Source of the DNA: a virus
Virus record (IMG/VR): IMGVR_UViG_3300042892_002240
Span: 1 to 64,000 of that record
Length of the DNA: 64,000 nt
Direction: 5' to 3' (one strand)
The notes beneath the pieces were generated by a model. That model did no database searches and was not told where the DNA came from. It was given only the letters and a program-made list of their open reading frames with translations. A program made the translations under genes and the position numbers. Below are positions 58,413 through 64,000 of this stretch, in pieces; position 1 is the stretch's first letter, and each line of letters begins with the position of its first letter.

Positions 58413-58688
58413 ATGGCTACTCCTCGTAAACCAGGTATGTGGGCTGATGGTATGCCAATTGCTCCAGGCTCTCGCCTTCGCGTAGATCGCCCAACTCTTG
58501 CCGCAAAGAAGATTAGGCCTACTTTAAGTCTTACTTCTAATCAAGATGATGCACCACCCATGGGTATGGCTCGCCCACAGATTCCTGCCCACCTAAAAGC
58601 TCCGGTTTACAACGAACCAGATCCAGCTGGAGGTATGGCCCGCCCACAACTTCCCGAACACTTAAGAAATCTACAGCAAGGAAAGTAA
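58413..58688 (+). CDS. Pro-rich protein with GMARPQ.P.HL repeat x2
   Basis: GAGGA SD; internal duplication. Confidence 0.65.
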   Translation: MATPRKPGMWADGMPIAPGSRLRVDRPTLAAKKIRPTLSLTSNQDDAPPMGMARPQIPAHLKAPVYNEPDPAGGMARPQLPEHLRNLQQGK

Positions 58689-58690
58689 TC

Positions 58691-58987
58691 ATGGCACGCC
58701 CCTGGCAGTCACGACAAGAGTTTCTTACGGATCAGGCTTTGCAGTCTGCTATTAGCGATCCTGAAACTATTCGCAAGACCCGCCCTGTTGTGCCCCAGCA
58801 GCTATTCCCCGAACGTGAAGGCTTTAGTAAACAAGAAGGCACTATTCAAACAATTCTAAACATTGATCGTTACATGCCTACTAAGCGTTCATGGTTGTCT
58901 GGTATGCCAGTTATGCGCACATCTATTGAAGATGGTAGTTTTGAAGGCTCAGGAAGATACTCAATGAACAGTATGTGGGGTGGCTAA
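58691..58987 (+). CDS. Hypothetical protein
   Basis: AAGGA SD; coupled. Confidence 0.65.
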   Translation: MARPWQSRQEFLTDQALQSAISDPETIRKTRPVVPQQLFPEREGFSKQEGTIQTILNIDRYMPTKRSWLSGMPVMRTSIEDGSFEGSGRYSMNSMWGG

Positions 58988-59274
58988 TGAAGAGTGAATG
59001 GGACCCAATGGGTGGGGATATCACCCAAGCATCTACTTTAGGTAAAAACCCAGCCCAAACCAATATGGCAGCTAGTTCGGTTACAACTGGATACGCACGG
59101 GATTTGGCAGAGGCGGGCCATGGTCCAGGAAGCGACCCTGCTTTGTTTCGTCACAAAAAAGCAAACATGTCAGGAAATGCGCTTTTACCCACACCTTCAT
59201 TTGAAAAATCTCAAGGTAATACTCCACGAGCAATGCAACGTGCTGACATGCCTAAGACAAGGATGGTTGTCTAA
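58987..59274 (+). CDS. Hypothetical low-complexity protein
   Basis: TAATG overlaps on both sides. Confidence 0.6.
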   Translation: MKSEWDPMGGDITQASTLGKNPAQTNMAASSVTTGYARDLAEAGHGPGSDPALFRHKKANMSGNALLPTPSFEKSQGNTPRAMQRADMPKTRMVV

Positions 59275-59831
59275 TGCCTAGAGAAGACTTAAGTCCTTTG
59301 TCAACCTCTAACAGAGGTGCTACATCCAACCTTTTAATGGCTGGTAGCACAGTTAAAAGTGGCATGGATGTCAAGCTAGAAATGCGCTACGGTGGTCAAG
59401 CAGACGCTGGTTCTTACTCTGGCCATATGGGTTCTATCATGGATAATGGTGGAGCTTTCATGCAAGACAGGGTAAACCGTCGAGGTAGTTTTGGTGGCGG
59501 TAGCAGTTTTGGTGGCGGTGGCGGTGGTGTAGGTGGTACTGCTCGTAACTATGGCCCAGGTAACCCTGGTGGTTACAACTGGAACACTGTTGATAAAGGC
59601 GTTAACTTTGTTAAGAAGAAACTAAAAAATGTAAATAACGCTATGACCCAAAGCAGAAACGATTACAATCGTAATCTTATTGAGAACAAAATTGACGAAA
59701 TTCGTGACCAAGTTAAAAGCACAAAAAAACAAATAAAAAGTTGGAACGCACCAATTAAAGCAGCCAACAAACGTTTTCCTGGGATGCCCCCCCTACCTAC
59801 AATCCCCACTCCATGGGCTCAATCGCCCTGA
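59274..59831 (+). CDS. Gly-rich protein
   Basis: GSFGGGSSFGGGGGG stretch plus coiled coil. Confidence 0.65.
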   Translation: MPREDLSPLSTSNRGATSNLLMAGSTVKSGMDVKLEMRYGGQADAGSYSGHMGSIMDNGGAFMQDRVNRRGSFGGGSSFGGGGGGVGGTARNYGPGNPGGYNWNTVDKGVNFVKKKLKNVNNAMTQSRNDYNRNLIENKIDEIRDQVKSTKKQIKSWNAPIKAANKRFPGMPPLPTIPTPWAQSP

Positions 59832-59843
59832 TAGGATATAACT

Positions 59844-60068
59844 ATGGCAGTTAACGAATCCCGATCAATGAACGACGACCTCCACTCAGGTGTTAATGAT
59901 GGTCGCCTAAAGAGCATTACCCCTGATCGTGGGGGTGTTGTTGATATGGCTGAGGTTACAGTTCGGGCAAACCTGCTTCAAACACAGTATGGAATGTCTG
60001 ACCTTATGAATAGAGTTCAGACCCCAAACGTAGACAACAACTTTGAAACAGGGTATGCTGAAGACTGA
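59844..60068 (+). CDS. Hypothetical protein (probably leaderless)
   Basis: ATG follows TGATAGGAT by a 6-nt spacer. Confidence 0.6.
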   Translation: MAVNESRSMNDDLHSGVNDGRLKSITPDRGGVVDMAEVTVRANLLQTQYGMSDLMNRVQTPNVDNNFETGYAED

Positions 60069-60073
60069 ATAGT

Positions 60074-60090
60074 GTTGTCAAAGTGACAAC
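60074..60090. promoter_or_regulatory. Inverted repeat GTTGTCA-aag-TGACAAC (possible operator)
   Basis: Perfect 7-bp IR in the intergenic gap at a module boundary. Confidence 0.4.
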
Positions 60091-60115
60091 GTTGTACTAC
60101 TAATTAGGAGCACAA

Positions 60116-60571
60116 ATGCCTCGGCTATTGACTTGCCAGTCGTGCGGCACAATGTACCGTATGCGGGACTACGAAGGACCAACTGAGTATGACATGGAGC
60201 TCATTGAGCTCTGTCAGAGGCACCTTGGTCAAGCTGCTGACCCAAACCCTGACTCTCACCTATCTCTCATTCTGCGTTGTGATGAAGAAACGTGGGCCAA
60301 GCTTGGGGATGAAACCCAAGTTAAAAAAGAACTTATGCAAAATGAGATTGAAGTTCGTGAAGTTCGTGACGATCTTAAAGTGGAAGCACTCAAGTGTTTT
60401 GCTAGGCACTCAAGCCCCAAGCAAGGTTGCATTGATTACGAAGATGAGTCTAAGACTATTGGCCGCAAAATTGGTGTACCTCAAGCACACAGGCAATACC
60501 TCTGCCACTATTGTCCAGCCCAAGCATTTGTAACTCATGGCATTCGCAAGAAAAAGGGTATGTACGACTAG
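60116..60571 (+). CDS. Cys/His-rich putative Zn-binding protein
   Basis: CQSC, H...H, C...H......C, CHYC; AGGAG SD. Confidence 0.7.
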   Translation: MPRLLTCQSCGTMYRMRDYEGPTEYDMELIELCQRHLGQAADPNPDSHLSLILRCDEETWAKLGDETQVKKELMQNEIEVREVRDDLKVEALKCFARHSSPKQGCIDYEDESKTIGRKIGVPQAHRQYLCHYCPAQAFVTHGIRKKKGMYD

Positions 60572-61044
60572 TGATCATTTTTAACTTTGATGTACTCGCA
60601 CGACCGGGTGCGTCACTAGCAGTACGCCAACCAGACCCAGACGGCAGGGCAATTTGGCGCATGATGTTTGAACACTACACAGGGCGTATTTGTGTTGTTT
60701 CAACTACTGAATACCCAAAGATTCAATTTGAGGAATGGTTAAAACGGGAACAATTTAAAGCTTCTGTTTATGAGTTTTTAGATGTACCAGATGCGGTTCT
60801 TAAAGCTGAGCGTGTTCACATCATTGGTTCATCTTTTGGCAGAATCACTTGGTATGTAGACAACGACCCTCTTGCCTGCGCAGAAACTCTTAAATTAGGC
60901 ATTCCTACCTTGTTGGTTGCTTCTCCTTACATTGTTAGACCTGAGTGGGGTGGCACCAAAACAACTAAGGAATGGGGAACCCTTGTAACAGAGATGGACG
61001 AACAAGCCTTAAAAGCATCTGAAAAGTCTTGGAGGGAAATGTGA
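60571..61044 (+). CDS. HAD-like fold protein (degenerate)
   Basis: IIFNFDVLA, EWLKRE, YVDNDP....L..GIP.L. Confidence 0.55.
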   Translation: MIIFNFDVLARPGASLAVRQPDPDGRAIWRMMFEHYTGRICVVSTTEYPKIQFEEWLKREQFKASVYEFLDVPDAVLKAERVHIIGSSFGRITWYVDNDPLACAETLKLGIPTLLVASPYIVRPEWGGTKTTKEWGTLVTEMDEQALKASEKSWREM

Positions 61045-62471
61045 AAGTGTTCTTTGGTGGGGCTGAGAAAGGCTCCCACAGAAACATCCTGTTAGCTAAT
61101 GACGTTGAGTACATGGCAGTCAATTTGACTCATTTGCCTATTCCTAAAACTAAAGAATTCAGCATTCCTAATACGTTTAAAAACGCTGGGGTTATTGTGT
61201 ACACCTCTGAGGGTGACGAAGACACAAATAGATACAATGACTTTATTCGGCAGCATGCTGATGACCTTGCCTTTGTAGTGGGTCGCCCTGATTATGACGG
61301 AGAATGGCTTGGGGAAAAGTACATTCCTGTGTGGTCAGATGGTGATGACTTAGAACGCTTAGCTTGGTTGTGCCAACGCCATGGTCGGGCAGCTATCTCA
61401 GACAAAGCAATTAATGCTAAAACTCTTCCCCGAATTAGGTCGCTGTCACAAAGATGGGGCGCTGCATTGCTCGGTATTACTAGCAAGCCAGACATCATTG
61501 AAGCCCTTCCTTGGGCAGCAGTAATTGTTGGTTCATGGACTAGCACTTTGCGTTATGGGGAAACTCAAATCTGGGACGGACACGCTTTGCGACGATATCC
61601 AGCTCAACAAAAAGAGTCGTCTAGACGGAAGCACCGGCCCGACATTATTCGTCTAGGAATTGACTTTGATGCTGTTATGGAAGACGACGTAACTACTGTT
61701 GGAGCGTTAGCAATTCGTTCTTGGCTAGCTTGGGAAGACCATACAAATTTGGGCTATGACCCTGAAGAAGGTGTAGACGAAGAGGAGTTTGTAAACAATG
61801 AAGAGGGGGAGATAGCAACTATACCCCCTGAAACCCATAGTGGGGTTAAACCGGCTTCTAGGGGGTCTGGTATTGCTACCGGCCCTATAGAAAAGCGGCA
61901 CGACAGTGAACGGCTATTACTCCCTGTTATGGGTATTGAGCACATTGTTTCAATGGGTACACAAATGCCTAATGAGCAGGGAGAAGTCATTGAAATCGAC
62001 CCTGCAGAAACCGCTGTCATTAGATATCAATCAAACCCATTGCGACAGTGTGATAGTTGCTATCTGGCCTCAAGATGTCCTGCATTCAAGGAACATTCAG
62101 ATTGTGGTTTTAGATTGCCTATTGAGATCCGTACAAAGGATCAACTTAACGCCGTTTTGCAAGCCATGATTGAAATGCAAGCAAGCCGAGTTTTGTTTGC
62201 TAGGTTTGCCGAAGAGCTTGAGGGCCAAGGTCTTGACCCAGCTTTGTCGTCTGAAATGGATCGCTTGTTTTCGCTCATTGACAAGTTTAAGAACATCTCA
62301 GATACCCGAGATCTCATGAGAATTGAGGTTGAGGCAAGGGGTGGAGCCGGCGTTCTCTCTAGATTGTTTGGAAGCAAAGCAGGGGAATCAGCCAAGCAAC
62401 TTCCTGGCGGGGGTATGAGTGCTAGTCGCACTGATCAGTTTATTTCTGATGTAATCAATATTGGCGAATAA
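61041..62471 (+). CDS. TGT/DpdA-like TIM-barrel protein fused to a CxxC-x5-C..C domain and helical C-terminus
   Basis: FFGG.E, IPVW, LLG.T, SW....RYG.T pattern recalls TGT-like phage proteins; CDSCYLASRC...C. Confidence 0.45.
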   Translation: MKVFFGGAEKGSHRNILLANDVEYMAVNLTHLPIPKTKEFSIPNTFKNAGVIVYTSEGDEDTNRYNDFIRQHADDLAFVVGRPDYDGEWLGEKYIPVWSDGDDLERLAWLCQRHGRAAISDKAINAKTLPRIRSLSQRWGAALLGITSKPDIIEALPWAAVIVGSWTSTLRYGETQIWDGHALRRYPAQQKESSRRKHRPDIIRLGIDFDAVMEDDVTTVGALAIRSWLAWEDHTNLGYDPEEGVDEEEFVNNEEGEIATIPPETHSGVKPASRGSGIATGPIEKRHDSERLLLPVMGIEHIVSMGTQMPNEQGEVIEIDPAETAVIRYQSNPLRQCDSCYLASRCPAFKEHSDCGFRLPIEIRTKDQLNAVLQAMIEMQASRVLFARFAEELEGQGLDPALSSEMDRLFSLIDKFKNISDTRDLMRIEVEARGGAGVLSRLFGSKAGESAKQLPGGGMSASRTDQFISDVINIGE

Positions 62472-62507
62472 TGGTGTATGCTAAGTTCCCCTACTAAAGG
62501 ATGTACG

Positions 62508-62819
62508 ATGAACAACTCGCATAACTCCATAGAAGAACTTGACCCATATCAAACTGCCGAGCAGCTAGTAAAGATGGCCATTGACTTAGGTTCAGATACT
62601 TTAAGCATGACTATCAATGATGTATCAAAATCATTAGTTGAAGCAGCCCACTTGATTACCCATCTTGCCGATGAATCAAACCATTACCGTTTAAAGACTC
62701 AAGTAGTGGTCAATGTAAACGGGACAGATCTACTGGTTGACCAAGCAGTGGTAGACAAGCTGTTTGCTTCTACTGTTCAGAATCTCATTACTAATGCCCT
62801 GAATGAAACTACGGTCTGA
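62508..62819 (+). CDS. Hypothetical protein
   Basis: AAGGA SD; extended -10 TGCTAAGTT at 62479. Confidence 0.6.
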   Translation: MNNSHNSIEELDPYQTAEQLVKMAIDLGSDTLSMTINDVSKSLVEAAHLITHLADESNHYRLKTQVVVNVNGTDLLVDQAVVDKLFASTVQNLITNALNETTV

Positions 62820-63121
62820 TGGATACTGACGCTTCAAAGCAGGCAATGATTAACGCCCTGACACAACGTGTTGAGCAACTTGAAGAAGTGTTACAAAGTA
62901 TTCTTCCCCCAGCAATGTCGTATTACTCAGAAGAGTTATTTGCTGCTGGGTGGTTGACTGGTTTAGAGAAAGAACTACCCCAGCACGTATCATCTATTGA
63001 CAAGGCCGCTACTCTTCTTGGTATGATACCTGTATCGTGGCATTATAAGGAAGAGAACTCGATTTGGCACACAACTTGGAAAAAGTACCCAATTACGTCT
63101 ACCAAGACCGACGACGTTTAG
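62819..63121 (+). CDS. Hypothetical protein
   Basis: TGATG coupling; SEE..AAGW..GLE motif. Confidence 0.6.
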   Translation: MDTDASKQAMINALTQRVEQLEEVLQSILPPAMSYYSEELFAAGWLTGLEKELPQHVSSIDKAATLLGMIPVSWHYKEENSIWHTTWKKYPITSTKTDDV

Positions 63122-63285
63122 CTTCTGCTATTTTTTTAACTACCATTGTTTCAGTATCTAATTCTTTTTCAAAGAACGGAACTGGTTGGCCTTTCTTATC
63201 TACTTTTGGATTCTTTTTTATCCTAACAACTGGACCACTTGTACTTGGAAAACTACTTGACATTTTGGGTGAAAAAGATGTTTAA
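63064..63285 (+). CDS. Possible small membrane protein
   Basis: Two hydrophobic segments; start uncertain. Confidence 0.4.
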   Translation: MAHNLEKVPNYVYQDRRRLASAIFLTTIVSVSNSFSKNGTGWPFLSTFGFFFILTTGPLVLGKLLDILGEKDV

Positions 63286-63303
63286 AGAAATTAATAACAA
63301 CTA

Positions 63304-63678
63304 ATGGATTGGCTTGAGCAATCTGCTTGCCGTGGTAAAAATGTTGACATGTGGTATGCGCCACTAGATGCATCAAACCCTAATGATTACTACGCTGTAG
63401 GTAAAACTGCTTGTAGAAATTGTTCTGTGTGGAAAGATTGCATGAAGTTAGGTGCAGAAGAAACATGGGGCATGTGGGGTGGGTTAACACCACAAGAGCG
63501 TAGAGGTACAGTAAAACTTCAACACGGAACACTTGAGAGTTACCGAAAAGGTTGCCGGTGTACTCCGTGTATTGATGAATCAATTGCTGCTATGGACTAC
63601 ATCATGCCAATAGTTCTTCCTTCTCGCGGAGAAACTTTTGATGTAAAGTCCCTGCTCTACGCACTAATTAATCCTTGA
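63304..63678 (+). CDS. whiB: WhiB-family Fe-S transcription factor with extra HGT..Y..GCRC..C motif
   Basis: W...AC...C..C.V...C, WGMWGGLTPQER. Confidence 0.9.
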   Translation: MDWLEQSACRGKNVDMWYAPLDASNPNDYYAVGKTACRNCSVWKDCMKLGAEETWGMWGGLTPQERRGTVKLQHGTLESYRKGCRCTPCIDESIAAMDYIMPIVLPSRGETFDVKSLLYALINP

Positions 63679-63771
63679 TGTAGGGAGTTACCGTCATGAG
63701 ATGGTAACATATGTGTATGGCCCTACCCCCAAAGTAGGGCCTTTCCATATCCCCTATCAAGGAGAAAACTA

Positions 63772-64000
63772 TTGCGTAAACTTACCCTCACGAGTGCAGT
63801 CATTGTGGGCGCTCTACTACTCACAAACTGTAACGGAACAGTAAGGACACAAGAAGTTCCAATCTCAGTAACTACCACAACAATTACCCCACAAACAACT
63901 ACATCCACTACATCCACAACAACTACGACAACCACAACAACTACGACAACACTTGTTCCATTAGGTTCTAAATGCGAAGAACTCGCCCCCATTGCTTTAC
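63772..64000 (+). CDS. Secreted/lipoprotein with poly-Thr stalk (truncated by window end)
   Basis: TTG after AAGGAG; MRKLTLTSAVIVGALLLTNC signal/lipobox-like; Thr run; ends KCEELAPIAL. Confidence 0.7.
   Translation, partial: MRKLTLTSAVIVGALLLTNCNGTVRTQEVPISVTTTTITPQTTTSTTSTTTTTTTTTTTTLVPLGSKCEELAPIAL

Noticed and set aside
1-64000. tRNA genes, integrase/att site, or alternative genetic code
   Set aside because: No cloverleaf with a TTCGA T-loop in intergenic gaps, no recombinase, and genes tile densely with all three standard stops

Overview
This 64-kb window is part of the genome of a large tailed dsDNA phage with a contractile (myovirus-type) tail, roughly 40-45% GC by eye. The host is very likely actinobacterial, based on a WhiB gene, an actinophage-type holin, an M15 endolysin and several apparent leaderless promoters. 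Gene order on the + strand: fibre/receptor-binding genes with an embedded holin-endolysin pair (1-8.9 kb); terminase, metallophosphoesterase, portal, scaffold and N4-gp56-type major capsid (10-18 kb); neck, sheath, tube, chaperone, tape measure and baseplate (18-35.4 kb). A single short minus-strand cassette follows (Dps, a basic conserved protein and an MCxxCGC peptide, behind a structured leader RNA; 36.5-37.5 kb). Next is a replication/recombination block: HTH initiator containing four iterons, DnaC-like loader, DnaB, DnaG, SNF2, SSB, PolA, RecA, Cas4-like nuclease, two resolvase-like proteins and SpoVS (37.5-52.2 kb). An ~8-kb island of low-complexity proteins headed by a 1382-aa protein comes next (52.2-60.1 kb), then a TGT/DpdA-like fusion, WhiB and a truncated lipoprotein. 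I found no tRNA, CRISPR array, integrase or reverse transcriptase. Best candidates for undescribed biology: (i) collagen/tail-collar fibre plus a tandem Cys/His paralogue pair plus a 2OG-Fe(II) oxygenase; (ii) the Dps/HypB-motif cassette with a terminator-containing leader RNA; (iii) short recoded-looking patches over conserved catalytic motifs in a TCGA-poor genome; (iv) a probable non-canonical +1/-2 frameshift in the tail chaperone; (v) the disordered-protein island. All family assignments come from motif recognition by eye; no searches were run.
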